Shown here: piece after piece, positions 35,303-58,484 of the stretch
How the letters are laid out: every line of letters begins with the position of its first letter
Position numbering within the stretch: the first letter of the stretch is position 1
Source: the human T2T-CHM13v2.0 reference genome, Homo sapiens
Assembly (NCBI RefSeq): GCF_009914755.1
Contig: NC_060941.1
Reading direction: 5' to 3' (one strand)
Length of the DNA: 64,000 bases
Made by a program: the position numbers and the translations under genes
Notes under the pieces: model-generated
Databases searched by the model: none
Told to the model about the DNA's origin: nothing
What the model saw: the letters and a program-made list of their open reading frames with translations, nothing else

Positions 35303-35753
<451 letters not shown>

Positions 35754-36186
35754 TAGCTTTGTTGTGAGGGCTTTCTCAAATTCACTGGCAGAGTAGTTTA
35801 TTCAAGTCTTTGTACATACCTTTTAATAAAACTTTTATGGAAAAAAAACTTTGATTTTCAAAAAGAACTGAACAACAAACTAGTCAAAAGTTAATATTTA
35901 TACTTACTGATATTTCAAATAGTGGTAATTATTGTTTAATTAAGGGTAGATTTTGCAACTTTTTTATGGCCCTAAGAACATTTCTGACAGTTTGTCAAAA
36001 ATTCATTAAAAAAATTACACTGTGGGATACTGGTCTTACAATGTGTTTGTGTATGCAATTTAATATTTTATTTTTAAGACACTTTAATGCCTTTTAAAAC
36101 TTGTAATTCATTTTCAGGTAATTATGCCTCAATATTTAAATATAAGTTCAATAAAAACTCTTGTCCATGATAGAATGGTTTTATGA

Positions 36187-36491
<305 letters not shown>

Positions 36492-36711
36492 AATTTTATG
36501 ATTTTAAAACCCACTTTTAAGCAGTATGATTTGTCTATGTTATTTTACTTTTATAAAATTTAAATTAATATTTTGTCATGCTGTTGCTATTTATCATTCT
36601 TTTACTTTTAAATAGTTTTAATTAGTTTGAGCATATTTTTTGCTGTCATAGGATATTATATTGCCAGTATCTGATAAAAAAAAAAGTTTGCTCTCAGAAA
36701 AAAAGCTATAA

Positions 36712-37315
<604 letters not shown>

Positions 37316-38218
37316 GAAGAAGAAAAGCTATATAAAACATATCTATAGCACCAATTTGGAATTCAGAAACTAATATTAAATTTAAAAGGTCAAAAGAATA
37401 TGAAGTTGGAAAGCAGAAAAATTTGCTGCAAAATGCACTAAAATTATAAAAGCTTAGAGTACATAAAGGTTGTTGTTATATTAGTAATTAGAAATTTTCT
37501 TCAATAAATTTATTTGTAGAAACTTAATTTATATGCACTAAATTCTCATCTTTCTTGAGTGAAAGTAAAATGTTACTCCCAGACAACAAGCATAAAAAAC
37601 AGAATAAAAACTTTTATATTTGAGAGGTCTGCACTTTGGGGATGTCAGAGGAAGTCATTTGGACCAACTTTATTGCTGAGAACAATTTGAAATGTTGGAC
37701 AAAAGAACAGTCTGTTTGAAAGCATCTGAAAGCTAGAAAGACTTAACAAATTACAAGGAGAAGAATGAAACCCAGAAAAACAATCCTGGTATTTGGTGCC
37801 ATTTTCCCCTTCAAATGCCTGTTAATTCTCTAAGAAATGACTGAGAGGCTGAATAAGTAAGCAGAACTCTTAATAAAGTCATAGGGCAAGAAAGACAGAG
37901 ACGGATTTAGGTCCATTAAGGAGGACAATTCTGGAACAACTAGGGTTTGGCTGGAACCTTAAGGTGATAAGCCCTACAAATAGAACGACTAAGAAATAGA
38001 TCGGCTGGCTGAAGGACTAAAACCCACCTCATTTAAATTTCTCATTGAATTAAAGTGAATGAAGATTGTTATAGTCCCTAGCCTAGCAGTCTGGCAAAAG
38101 CAAACATTAATCCTCTGTGGGAAAGATTACATAATCTAGAACCTCCTAATATTACTATAGATTTTCATAGTCAATGCCTGATACCCAGTAAAAAATAACA
38201 GGCATAAAAGGAGACCAC

Positions 38219-38544
<326 letters not shown>

Positions 38545-39161
38545 TCACATGGGAAAAAAATCAAGAGAGAAAACAAATATACAGAAACAGATCTAAAATG
38601 AATCCAAATAATTGAGGCCTCAGACATAAACTTTAAAATAACTAGGATAACTATATTCAAGAACATAAGATTAACAATCTCACAAAGATTTGTAAAGTAT
38701 AAAATAACCAAATGAAAATTCTAGAACTGAAAAATAAATATAGTAACTTAACTCAAACTATGGGCTAAGAGCACAACAGAGACAGCACATGAGAGAGTTA
38801 GGGAAATGGAAGATAGGTCAGTACAAAGTATCCATACTGAAACACAAAATGATGAAAAACTTGCAAACGTTAGAAAAGCAGAAGAGACATCCAGGATAGG
38901 GTGAAAAGGTCTATCACAGATGTAACCAGAGTCCTAGAAGGTTACAAAGAGAAGTGAGAGAGAATGGACAGAAGCTAAGTCAAAGAAATAATGTCTTAGA
39001 ATTTTCCACAAGAGATAAAAAAAAAAAATCAAGTCACAAGTCTTAGAAGCCAAATGAATCTTCAGCATGAGAAATATGAAGAAAACTATATTAAAGTACA
39101 CAGTAGTAAAACCGTTGAAAACTAAACTCTTAAAAGCAGCCAAAAAAAGAGAGACAGGGAA

Positions 39162-39461
39162 GGGCACAGTGGCTCACACCTGTAATCCCAGCACTTTGGG
39201 AAGCCAAGATGGGCAGATCCCCTGAGGTCAGAGTTCGAGACCAGCCTGGCCAATGTGGCGAGACCCCATCTCTACTAAAAATACAAAAATTAGCTGAGCG
39301 TGGTGGCAGGTGCCTGTAGTCGCAGCTACTCAGGAGGCTGAGGCAGGAGAATTACCTGAAACCAGGAGGCAGAGGTTGCAGTGAGCCGAGATCACGTCAC
39401 TGCACTCCAGCCTGGGCGACAGAGCGAGACTCCATCTCAAAAAAAAAAAAAAAAAAAAAAA
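39162..39461 (+). mobile_element. AluS
   Basis: Alu dimer with long poly(A). Confidence 0.93.
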
Positions 39462-39475
39462 TCTGTCTCTCTCTC

Positions 39476-39667
39476 TTTTTTTTTTTAAACAGTGTCTTGC
39501 TCTGTCACCCAGGCTGGAGTGCAGTGGATTGGATTACAAGTCTGTGCCACAACGCCCGGCTAATTTTTGTATTTTTAGTAGAGATGGGGTTTTGCCATGT
39601 TTCCCATGCTGGTCTTGAACGCCTGACCCCAAATGATCCACCCACCTCAGCCTCCCAACACCTGGCC
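39476..39667 (-). mobile_element. Alu with two internal deletions, tail-to-tail with the previous Alu
   Basis: Antisense Alu pieces. Confidence 0.88.
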
Positions 39668-39705
39668 AAAGACAGATAGATGTCCTTTAATGAGCAACAA
39701 TTAGA

Positions 39706-40345
39706 TCAGAGGTTACAAATTATAACCAATTTGGCCCATCATCTGTTTCTGTATAGCCAGCAAGATAAGAATGATTTTTATATTTATTTTTATTTATTTA
39801 TTTATTTACTTACTTACTTATTTTGAGACCGAGTCTCACTCTGTTACCCAGGCTGGAGTGCAGTGGGCAATCTCAGCTCATTGCAACCTCCGCCTCCTGG
39901 GTTCAAGTGATTCTTGTGCCTCTGCCTTCCGAGTAGCTGGGATTACAGGCCAGTGCCACCATGCCTAGCTAAAATTTGTATTTTTAGTAGAGACGGGGTT
40001 TCACCATGTTGCCCAGGCTGGTCTCAAACTCCTGGCCTCCAGTGCCTGCCTTGGCCTACCAAAGTGCTGGGATTACAAGCATGAGTCACCACGCCTGGCC
40101 AATTTTTACATTTAAAATGGTTGAAAAATATATTAAAAGAATGTGAGACATTAAAAATGTATGAAATTCAAATTTCAGAGTCCATAAGTGAAGTTTTAGT
40201 GGAGCACAACCACATTACTTGGTTAATATGTTGCCTATGGATTCCTTGGTGCTACAATGGCAGAGTGGAGTAGTCACAGCAGAGAGTCCTTATGATCCAA
40301 CAAAGCCAAAAATATTGCTGCCCTGCCTTTTATAGAAAAGTTTAG
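39706..40345. mobile_element. MER58B-like hAT element split by an Alu (39780-40100, minus)
   Basis: gaaattcaaatttcagagtccataagtgaagtttt...gctacaatggcagagtggagtagt...tatagaaaagttt. Confidence 0.75.
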
Positions 40346-40512
40346 ACAGATGGTTCACTTCTCCACAGATTGTACATAAGACAGAAAACAATAAATGATA
40401 CCTTTGAAATGTTGAAAGAATATAACTGCCAATCTAAAATTTCAAACTTACCAAAAATATCCTCCCAAAATGAAGGCCAAATGAAGATATTTTTAGAAAA
40501 AAAAAAGAGAAG

Positions 40513-40810
<298 letters not shown>

Positions 40811-41679
40811 TTAACAATATACTACCTTAAAAATAAAGACAAAAAGTACAAGAATACACAGAAAGTGAAAGTTAGCAGATGAAAAAAGATATACTATACA
40901 AATAACAACCAAAAGAAAGATGCTGTAGTAATATTAGTATCAGACAAAACAGATTTTAAGGCAAAAACTTTTAAGAAATGAGATACTTCATAACGACAAA
41001 AGCCAATTTACCATACAGATAACAATTATAACTTTGTATTTACATAATAACACAGCTTCAAATACAGAAAGAAAAAAATTAAATGAACTAAATAGGAAGC
41101 AAATGTATAGTCTCACTAGCAGACTTTAAAAAATCTTTCTCAATTGATAGAATAAGCTGTAAGTATACAGATTTTAACATAATTAACAAACTTAATCTCC
41201 TGACACATCTAGAAATTGTACTCAATACTCAATACCTATAGGCTGTACATTTTTTCAAGAGCACAAAATGTTTACAAAATTCTGCAAAGACTGACATAAT
41301 TCAGAGCATCCTGTCTGACCATAGTAGAATTAAAGTCAACAAGATTGCTAGAAAATTCCCAAATGGCACAAAATTAAGAAAAACATTTAAAAATAACCCA
41401 AGGATAAAAGATATCACAATAGAAATTATAAAATATTTTCCACTCAAAAATTATGAAGATGCTACATAAAAAAGTGTGATATAGTTCTGATAGCCCTAAA
41501 CAATTAGAAAAGAAGAACAGCTGAAAATCAACGATCTAAGTACCTAATTCAAGAGGTTAGAAAAGATCCACAAATTAAGCTCTAAGAATGGAATAAAATA
41601 ATAAAGAACAGAAAGTAATAAAACTCAAACATACAAGAAAAAGGACTAAAAACAGTAATGTTTTTAAAAGCCAAGTAAT

Positions 41680-41992
<313 letters not shown>

Positions 41993-42319
41993 CTAGCAAG
42001 ACTGAGTAAGACAAAATAAAGAAAACACAAAAAACCAGTATCAGGAATAAGAAGTGGCACATCACTTCAGATCCATACAAACATTTAAATGATAAACCGA
42101 TAGTATGCCAATAAATTTTAAAATTAGATTAAACGGAACAATCCCTAAACATAATTTGCTAAACTGAAACAAAAAGAAAAAGGAAATATGAACAGTCCTA
42201 AGTACTAAAGGCATAGAGGCTATAATTAAACACTTTTCCCAATAAAAGCTTCAGGCCAAGATGGCTTCCCTGGTGAATTCCACTACCATAAAAAATAACT
42301 TTCCCTCTCTCACAATTTT

Positions 42320-43555
42320 TTCTTCCCTCACCATAAGCTAATGATCTTGCCTCACATTTTAGAAACTATGGCAGCTATCATAATAGTGGCCTCAATCTTC
42401 CTGCCCTCAACTGACATGCAGGTGCACCCATCTTCTCCACCTTTCTCAGTATTACAACACAGGAGGTGACCTCTGTACCTATTCAAGGTAAATCCCCCTT
42501 TCCTTTCTAGATTTTATCTCCTTTAACCCTGTCAAACACTTTAGTCCTTCGTCTTTGTCTTGCAACATCAATGTCTCTCTCTCCATTAAGGCAATCCTAT
42601 CAGCACTCAAACATGTCATAGCAGCTCCCATTTCAAAAATAAAACAAGTATTTTTTCTTGACTCCATTCTTTCCTTTAGCCACTGCTCCATTTCTCTTTC
42701 CCTCTTCGTAGGGGAAAAAAAATCCCTCTCTAAAAAGTTATCTAAAACTATCTCTAATGTCTACTTTTCACTCACTCTTTTAAGTATAAATAATATCTGA
42801 TATATAAAAATACGTAATTCATGTGTGGATTGTTCATGGCATCATAATAAAATGAATGCTTAAATGAACCAGAATCTATTTCTTTCCATCTCCACTACCA
42901 TCACCCTAATCAAAGTTACTATCATCTCCTGGATAGACTATTGTAACAACCTTTTAACTTACTGCCTGCTTTATGCCTCAAGTTCAATCTCTATAAACAG
43001 GGTTATTTTCTAAAAACCCTGCAGTAGAATCTCTCCATGCTTTGGAACTCACTTAGATCATCTACAAAGCCCTGCACAGGCAGGCTGCTACATCTCTAAT
43101 CTTATTCTGTACCAGTTTCCCCTCACTTTAGTCACAGCAGCTTCCTTTTGATTTCCAGAACACATGGCATTCTCTGCTGTATCAGATCCTTTGCATTGTT
43201 GTTCCCTTAGCCTGGAATACTTCTCTTTTCCTCTTCCCCTTACTGTTTTCTTCTTCTGACCCTTCAGGTCTCGGCTTAAATGTCACCTCTTCAGAAGCTC
43301 CCCTGACCACCCTGTTTGAAGCAGGTGTCCTCATCCCACCCCAGTTACTCTTTCTTATCCTCCAATTTATCTCATAGCTGGGAGGTATGGCAACCACCAT
43401 TTTAGTTTGTTTTTATTTGTTTGCCAAATTATCTATTTCTCAAAATTTAATCTTCATGAAGGCAGGGACCTGGTCCATTTTATTAGCTGCTATAGCCCTT
43501 GTACCTAAGCCAGTTCACAGTATATAGATGTATAATATTGATTAAATACATCAAT
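42320..43555 (+). mobile_element. L2 fragments
   Basis: ttctttccatctccactaccatcacc...aaatgtcacctcttcagaagctcccctgaccacc...cttcatgaaggcaggg. Confidence 0.7.
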
Positions 43556-44096
43556 ACTATATTTTGATTCTCAACTGCTTCCTTGTTTGTATTAGCAATT
43601 AGTTAAAAACCTGGAGGAGAGGTGGTGGGTTCCTCCAAAGTTTCTGTAGCCTTGCAGGTGAAGAAAACTAAATAATGAGTAAATAAGTTTGCCTTAAGAG
43701 AAATCAGTGGGGACCCTTATGGAAGCATTTTCAGGTAAATGAGGGAAGAAATGTCAGATAATGAAACAAATGAGAAACATGAAGTTAACTGGAGAAGACA
43801 GACCTGAAAGGGATATTTTATGCAAGTTTGAATGAAGAAGAAATAAAATAATAATTACGAAAAGCACGTCCCCAGGAAAGCAGAATAGGATGAGATGTTT
43901 CCCAAAAGTGGAGGACAGAGAGAGAGGGAGAGAGAAGATGGGGGTGAGAGGGACAGGCAGTGAGATGGGGGATCTCTTCCTCTGAGACAGCGTTGAACAA
44001 ATATATCTTCAAAATTATTTCAGATGTTCTGGTGAACATCCCCCTATAGTCTGTTACTTCAAATAAATCCCATCTTCTTGGTTCTGTTTAACTCAC

Positions 44097-44192
44097 CAGG
44101 ATAGGGAATTCTTGAAATTTCTCTCACTGTCACCCATGGTCCTTTCCCATTCTCCAAATGAGATATCATGTCTGGTTTGGAAACTGCAAGCC
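44097..44192 (-). CDS. ZNF624: ZNF624 exon 5, KRAB-B box (LAVSKPDMISHLENGKGPWVTVREISRIPYP)
   Basis: 96-nt phase 1-1 exon; ctctggacag|GG acceptor, CCTG|gtgagt donor; KPDxIxxLExGxxPW motif. Confidence 0.96.
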
Positions 44193-44302
44193 CTGTCCAG
44201 AGAAAAATAAATAGGATTTGATTGGAGCCATGAGCAAGAACTCCTGCCAAATTCAGTCTCAGTTCTTAATCTTCTGGGCAGAATGACCATTACAGGAAGT
44301 TC

Positions 44303-44468
44303 TAGAGCTGCACTGTCTGATACAGTTGCCAATTGTCACATATGGCTATTTAAATTTGAATTTAAATAAAATCAAGTAAAATCTAAAATTCAGTTCTTCA
44401 GATGGACTAGCCAAATTTCAAGTGCTCAAAAGCCACAAGTGACTAGTACCTGCCATATTGTACAGTGA
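44303..44468. mobile_element. MER3 (hAT-Charlie) in the KRAB-A/KRAB-B intron
   Basis: tatggctatttaaattt...ctagccaaatttcaagtgctcaaaagccacaagtgactagt. Confidence 0.8.
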
Positions 44469-44823
44469 TGTTTTAGACAATTACAAAGACATCTCAAAGG
44501 AACTCAATGCTATGATTCTGGTTTGGTGGGATAATAGATTGTGGAAATAAACTGAGTTTAGAAAGAAATTGAATACATTTGTTTCTTTCTTCTAGAGGTA
44601 CTGATAACTTCCATTTAAGGCAGTGACTAGAAAAAACTTTGGTCCAAAATCTGTGGGGTTGTCAACAATCTCCAAGATTCCAGTGAAATGTGTGTTTCTT
44701 ACTCTACAATGGGCAGATCATGTAGTTAAGAGTGAGGAATAGCATAACCCAACAATGTGCCCCTAAAATCAAGTACTTCAGTTAAGTACTTTAGAGGCCC
44801 TTTATCTTTGGCAAACCTGGTCA

Positions 44824-44991
<168 letters not shown>

Positions 44992-45499
44992 CTAAAACAA
45001 TTACATTGTGATCACTTAGAAACTATACAATTAGACTTGTTAGGCAGAATTATACATAAAAAACTGGGGAAGAGCCCCAGAAACCAGAATCACCAAATGA
45101 TCATGTAGGTCAACCAGTTCATCCTTTATAGGATGTATAAATCTCTCCAGTGACAAGAACTTGAAACCATAATATGCTGCCTATATCATCTTCAGAGTTT
45201 CATCTGATAGCAGAATTTCTTTTCAGACCAAGTCTGGCTTCCTATAAATTATAAATATTGGCTCCACTATATTATCTGGAGTCAAACAGCACGGTTTCCT
45301 CCTTCCCTAGAAAGTATTTAAAATACTTGATAACAGCCAGCAGTTTCCATCCAAATCATCTTTCTTCCTTAAAACCCTGGCTTATCTAAAATATCAATTT
45401 TCTTTCAGTTCTAATCTATAGACTATGACTTACTAAAAGATACATTTTATCATTTGTATTGTGGATATAGAATATTATAAGCTTTCTCTTTGAAAAAGA

Positions 45500-46770
45500 A
45501 AAATAAAAAAAATCGAGGAACTTTGGGTAAGTTCTTTGATCTGGATATGTATATGTATTAAAAAATGGAAGAACAGGCCATAAACATTTTCAATGTTACC
45601 TATCGGAGAAAAGAGGGAGTAGAGCGGACTGGAATGACAGCTAGACTCCTTTGAATATTTGTTTTGTAGACTTGACTTTTGAACCATGTAAATATATTAT
45701 AAATGAAATAAAAAATTAAAAAAAAAATCCCTGAAAATTAAGAGTAACATGAAACCAGCTGGTAGCATACTCACTCATTAGAGAGGAACTATTTTGAGTG
45801 ACTTTGAAACAGTAATTTTTCTGTATACATTGCACAAGATATACCCTGAGAAAAATAACTGCAAAATAAAAACAAAACCACAATGTTTTCAGTAAATAAT
45901 CATATTAATTACAGTGACAGACATGTTATTGTTTAACTGCTGTGCGTGTAGTGCTTGATAAAGCAAATTAGCATACTGACATCATTGATAACTAATATAT
46001 TTGGCATGGGAGAAAGAAGATAGAAATGTAATATTGATGAGATGAGGTTAAAAACTCCATAGTTCTGAGTTTGAATAGGAAGTATCACTAGAGATTCATG
46101 AAGCATTTTAAGAGAAAAAAAAAAAAAAACACATTTCCTAGCTTCAGCCACTGAAAAGGCCCAGAAACCATAACCAATAAGGTGGCACTATGCAAGCCAG
46201 ACTGTGGGCTCTAAATATTACTTCCCCCTAAAAGGAACCAGGGCCTAGAATACCCTGACACATTAAAAAGCAAGGAAGCTATGAAAGACTACTAGGGTCA
46301 TATCTAAGACACAGGAGACAACTTGAAGAGGCTTCCACTGGCCAATGATATGACAATTTGAGCATCAATAAGGATAATAACTGCAATGGATTTCAAAAGC
46401 ATCTAATACAGTTACATTCATGATACATTATTTTAAAAATCTCATCTATTATCTTTGGAGAATACCTGGAAACTGGTAAGTAAAGAGAAAGAATCAAACT
46501 TTTGTCCTTTCTTACCTATGCAAAGTACATATAGTTTGTATTGTAATCAAACATAATTAAATAGTTGCTGAGGGAAGGTTTCTCTTTATGGAAGTATTTT
46601 AGCTAATGAATGAAGAAGGAACAAAAGAATTAGAACATCACAATTTGCAACTACTAATGAATTAAAGAATCATCAGCAGCTGCTAACATAAAAGAAAGGC
46701 CTCAGTTAGCTAGTATATGTCTTCTAGTGGTATATACCAGCAATATGCAATGACATTGCTGAAAATATTT
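45500..46770 (+). mobile_element. Old L1MC/MD-type 3'UTR fragments
   Basis: aaaaggaaccagggc...gaggcttccactggccaa...gagcatcaataaggataataactgcaatgga. Confidence 0.6.
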
Positions 46771-46788
46771 TAAAAATCAAAAATCTCA

Positions 46789-47084
<296 letters not shown>

Positions 47085-47106
47085 TCAAAATCTCAGCCGG
47101 GTGCAG

Positions 47107-49112
<2,006 letters not shown>

Positions 49113-49189
49113 GAGGGGGAACAGGTTTAAGGGATGCAAACTACTCTCCCCACTTCTGTGAGTATAATGCTTATTATGTATCAGAGACT

Positions 49190-49360
49190 GCTCTAAGGGC
49201 TTATAATGTACTGAATGAATCATCACAATAAGGAAGGTGCTATTTACAAATAAGGAAAGTGAGGCACAGAGATGTTAGATGTCTTGCCCAAAGTCAAAGA
49301 AGCAGAAGAATCTAGATTCAAATCCAAGCAGTCTATATTGAGAATTCCAGCTTGTAACCT
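49190..49360 (-). mobile_element. MIR
   Basis: ttacaaataaggaaagtgaggcacagagatgttagatgtcttgcccaaagtca core. Confidence 0.75.
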
Positions 49361-49689
49361 TGTAATCATTCTGATCCATGATCTAGTAAACTAAGAGCCC
49401 TGATTAGCTGACTACTCAGGCAAAGAAGTCAACTTAGATCATATTTGGCTAAGGTCTGTTCTGGATCAGAAGAAAGATTTCCTCTGGGGTGTTTTTCTAC
49501 CATTTAGATATGTATGCTTGTCATACATGTCTTATGTATATATATATCCCTTTGTAGTTTTGAACCTTTAGGTTTTTGAAGCTTGTTTTAGATAATTCTG
49601 CTAATAATAAGACATGGCGAATGTAGGACATGTTGAGTTCATAAACTTTATTGTTAATCACTTGACATGTGTCTGTAACCAATGTACTG

Positions 49690-53930
<4,241 letters not shown>

Positions 53931-54083
53931 ATACTGCCAGAAGGACAATCTTTTTCTTCCCTCCCAGGGGAAAATCAGGTAAATAAATAATCATAAAAAA
54001 TCAAAGGTTTGTGTTGTGTGAAGAACGAATGAAAAATTGATTGTAGAATGTAGAAGTGTGAGTTAACTTTGAAACATAAAACT

Positions 54084-54500
54084 GCTGCGACAGTTTGGAT
54101 GCCTTCCCCCAAAACCTCATGTTCAAAACTGATCCCCATGTTGGAGATGGGGCCTAATGGGAGGTGTTTGTGTCATGGGGCTGGATCCCTCATGAATGCC
54201 TTGGTGCCATCCTCATGGTAATGAGTGAGTTCTCCCTCTATTATTAGTAGTTCCCATGAAAGCTGGCTGTTAAAAAGAGCATGGCCCCTCCCCTCTCCCT
54301 CTCTTGCTATGTAGTCTCTATACACACTGTCTCTCTTTCCTTTTCACTGTGAATGGAAGCAGCCTGAGGCCCTCACAAGATGCAGATACTGGCAGTATGC
54401 TTCTTGTACAAACTGCAGAACTGTGAGCCAAATAAACCCCTTTTCTTTATAAATTACCCACTCTTGGGTATGCCTTTATATGGCAACAAACACACTAAAA
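54084..54500 (+). mobile_element. MSTB-like solo LTR
   Basis: aaaacctcatgttcaaaactgatcccc...gagccaaataaacccc...ataaattaccca. Confidence 0.85.
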
Positions 54501-55390
54501 CAACTTCTAAGAATGTTGAGGGCATTTTGATCTTGTGAAAGTAAATTCACTTAAGTATCCTTTATTCAGAAACTGAACTTTGTCAAACTGAAGAAACTAT
54601 TACTATAACTAAAGTTTTATTTTTATTGCAAAAAGTTCCTAGGGAGCTAAAAGAGTACCCATTTATTTCAAATTTCACCATCCCAGACCAACTCTATTCA
54701 TAATTTAGACAAATAAAATTGGAAACCTAATATATAATACCCAAAAATTGTTGATTCTAAGATAATACACTGATGCATACAATGGAAACCAGAAATCATA
54801 AGCCTCATATTCTCTACCTCAAAGACACTGGGCAAATAACATTAAGCCAGACTGATGTAAAAGTTTCTTTTTGATAGAGTTCGAGAAAGTAAAAATTAGC
54901 TTATACTGAGAAAGTAAAATTCTGCCCTTCCACACCTCAAGCTAGAATAGAGATACAGATAAAACCAACTGACAAGTTAACGGCAAACAATATTTCTTCT
55001 AAAGTCATTCTGCAGCTGTAAAATGTCATAATTACCCGTTTTGAGCAACTACTGCTTTCTTACTCATTAGACACCTCATCTTTTAAAGTCATAGACTGTC
55101 AGAAATTGTGTAGTCTGAAATCACATCAGAAAGAATGAAAGTGACTTTGATGCTGAGAAGCAGTTATTTGCAACCCAGATGCAGACTTTCACATGAGGGG
55201 TTTCTGAATATGTCATTTTACATTTAACTTTGTATTTTCCAAGGAAATAGGACTCCAGATCCATTATGCAGTCTGGACATGGTATTGACTCTTTTATACA
55301 GAGCCTATTTTGCTGTAAGCCTATCACATCCCTGATCTCATTAAAATTTCATCAGAATTCCCTCCTTCGTCAAGATTATATAATAACCCA

Positions 55391-55566
55391 GCTGGGTGCC
55401 ATGGCTCATGCCTGTAATCCCAGCACTTTGGGAGGCTGAGGTGGGCAGATCACTTGAGTTCAGGAGTTGAAGACCAGTCTGGCCAACACGGTGAAACCCC
55501 GTACACTAAAAATACAAAAATTAGCCGGACATGGTGGTGGGTGCCTAGTCCCGGTTACTGGGAGGC
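55391..55566 (+). mobile_element. Alu, 3'-truncated
   Basis: Left arm plus start of right arm only. Confidence 0.88.
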
Positions 55567-55902
55567 TTTTAAAGGCTTATTATCTCCTCTTCATCTTGAG
55601 GCTATGCTTATCTAGTTGTTTGTTGTTGGTAAATTAAGTTGTTTACCAAAAGTTACAACATATATACTGGCACTATGATACTCAGAAAATATCAAGACTC
55701 TTTGTCTTGATGTGTTCCTTTTGGTCTGATTATAATAATCATGCAATAAGAGTTCTTCATCAATCTTCTATAGTTTCTTTGTTAGACGTTTGTACTAAAA
55801 AACATGTACCTGTAAAATAAAAGACATTTAGCACTGAAATTTCTTCTTTTAAAGGACTACGCTACAAAAAAAAAAAAAACAAAACACTAATTGAAAATGT
55901 CA

Positions 55903-56203
<301 letters not shown>

Positions 56204-57559
56204 TCAGCAATAGTTATAAGAAAATCAAGCAAATACAAAACCAATTAAATTAAATTAATAACTTATTGATAGTTATTATCAAATCACTGGTTCTATTAAA
56301 AGTAAAATTAAACTAAGCTATGTTTAGTATGTATAATAAAAAGGATGCAGAATTTAGGGAAGAGCCAGACAGAATTAATCTTCTACCAGGGACTCCCTTT
56401 GTCAGAACAAAAATAAACCATATGAATTGTACACCATGTCAAAAAGTATGGCATTTTCTAAGGTTTATGGTTCAAAGTCTAAAACTATGAATATTTCTAC
56501 TCTAAGTTTTTAAGAATCTAAGCTATCGTATGTTAAAAAGAATTTAAAAAATCATTTCAAAAATACTATGTATAAAACTGAATCTCAGAATGTATTTTCT
56601 CATAGAAGCAAAAGTAAAAACCACATTTTACAAAAAACATCTCTGGAATAAAACCAACTTTCAAAGGATAATTTTAAAAAACTTAAAAACATAATTCTTC
56701 TAAAAGCATAGTGAATACTTGCCAAAGATTTACATAAGTCATTAATGAGGGATCAGAAGCTTGACAAGACAGGTTTAAAGGAGATGCAAGAAACCGATGT
56801 ACAGATAGTGGAAAAAAGAATGCTGGAATAAGACTGCAAAATTGGATACAAACCTGGTTAATGTCCTACAGGACAGTAATACCATAACTTTGGGGATTAT
56901 CTTTTATCCTAGCAAAAATAATTGCAATGTTTCAATCTTCTACAAGTTAATATCTAACTTTTAGGATCTAAATATTAATTAATAGTAAATGGTAAGTCAA
57001 ACAACATAACCCTCCCCTGCTATGTCAGATAACCCTTAGACAGGCTTGTTAAGACAATGGTCTAATATGACTCTGAAATGGCCTACATTTATCTTTTATT
57101 TATTTCTAAGTTTTGGATAATTTTTCTTATCACAACAAATTTCTGATTTTTATTTTTTCTGGAAAAATGAAGTGGATTCACTACTCACATATAAGAAATC
57201 CTGAAGAAATAAAATATCTAAACCAATTTAAACTCATCTTAACACTATTTCCACAATGTTGATGTACTCTTGGTATTTTTTAATGGCACAGTATTGGGTC
57301 TTACAATGCAGCACAAGCTTCAGACTACGTAATGATAGGATATTTTACCATTAGTAATCACGATGTGACTATCTGGCTAGATTACGGCTGCCACCTCTGA
57401 GAGAAATGAAATCTGTTAAATTGATGCCACCAGCCCTGGGGCTACCACACCAATCAAATAATCATTGTGAACTTGCAATTAACTGGGAACATTGAGAATC
57501 AGAGGCAGTAAAATAGGCATTTTCTCTGTATTCATTATATGTACAACAGTAGGTATTAC

Positions 57560-57625
57560 CTTTACCAATTGTGTTTCTTCTGCCTGAAGGTGAAGATCTT
57601 CATCTGGCTGGGTAACTTCAGGGCT
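57560..57625 (-). CDS. ZNF624: ZNF624 exon 3: SPEVTQPDEDLHLQAEETQLVK
   Basis: Acceptor tcctgtatcccatcag|AGC, donor AAG|gtaata; 66 nt, open, phase 0-0; needed to reach 865 aa. Confidence 0.9.
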
Positions 57626-58134
57626 CTGATGGGATACAGGATAAGATCATTCAGTGATAGGCTGCCTATGACTTACAGCAGAGCCTCAACAAGCACCACC
57701 AATCCACTGTGGATGCAGTGTATACAGGATGACCTCACCTACTGTTTTACTTAGGGCTGAAATCAAAGTCCCATTGTAACATGCAATCATAATCTTTCAC
57801 TTTGTTTGGGACAATGACAAACACACGTAAGATTGAAAAAGATATAACTGCTTTTAAAAAAGAACCTATCAAAACAAAAATAAACTTATAATAAAGTGCC
57901 TTCAGACACTACATAATTCTACTTTTTCATATTGGGATGAAATCTATTTCTCAGAAAGTATCTATCTTGCTCAAGAATAACACTCAAAACCTACTAACAC
58001 TATCTGTTTTCTACAATTGAAAAATCATTACAGTGTTTGGTGGGGGGATGTGGCTCAACAGTCACTCAGGAAATATTTCAGCAACCTCTCATAACATTGT
58101 TTTCTTCCAAAACTTAGAAACTGTATCTCCATGA

Positions 58135-58484
<350 letters not shown>

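Noticed and set aside
55691-55711. 8-bp hairpin atcaagac/gtcttgat
   Set aside because: Expected by chance in 64 kb.
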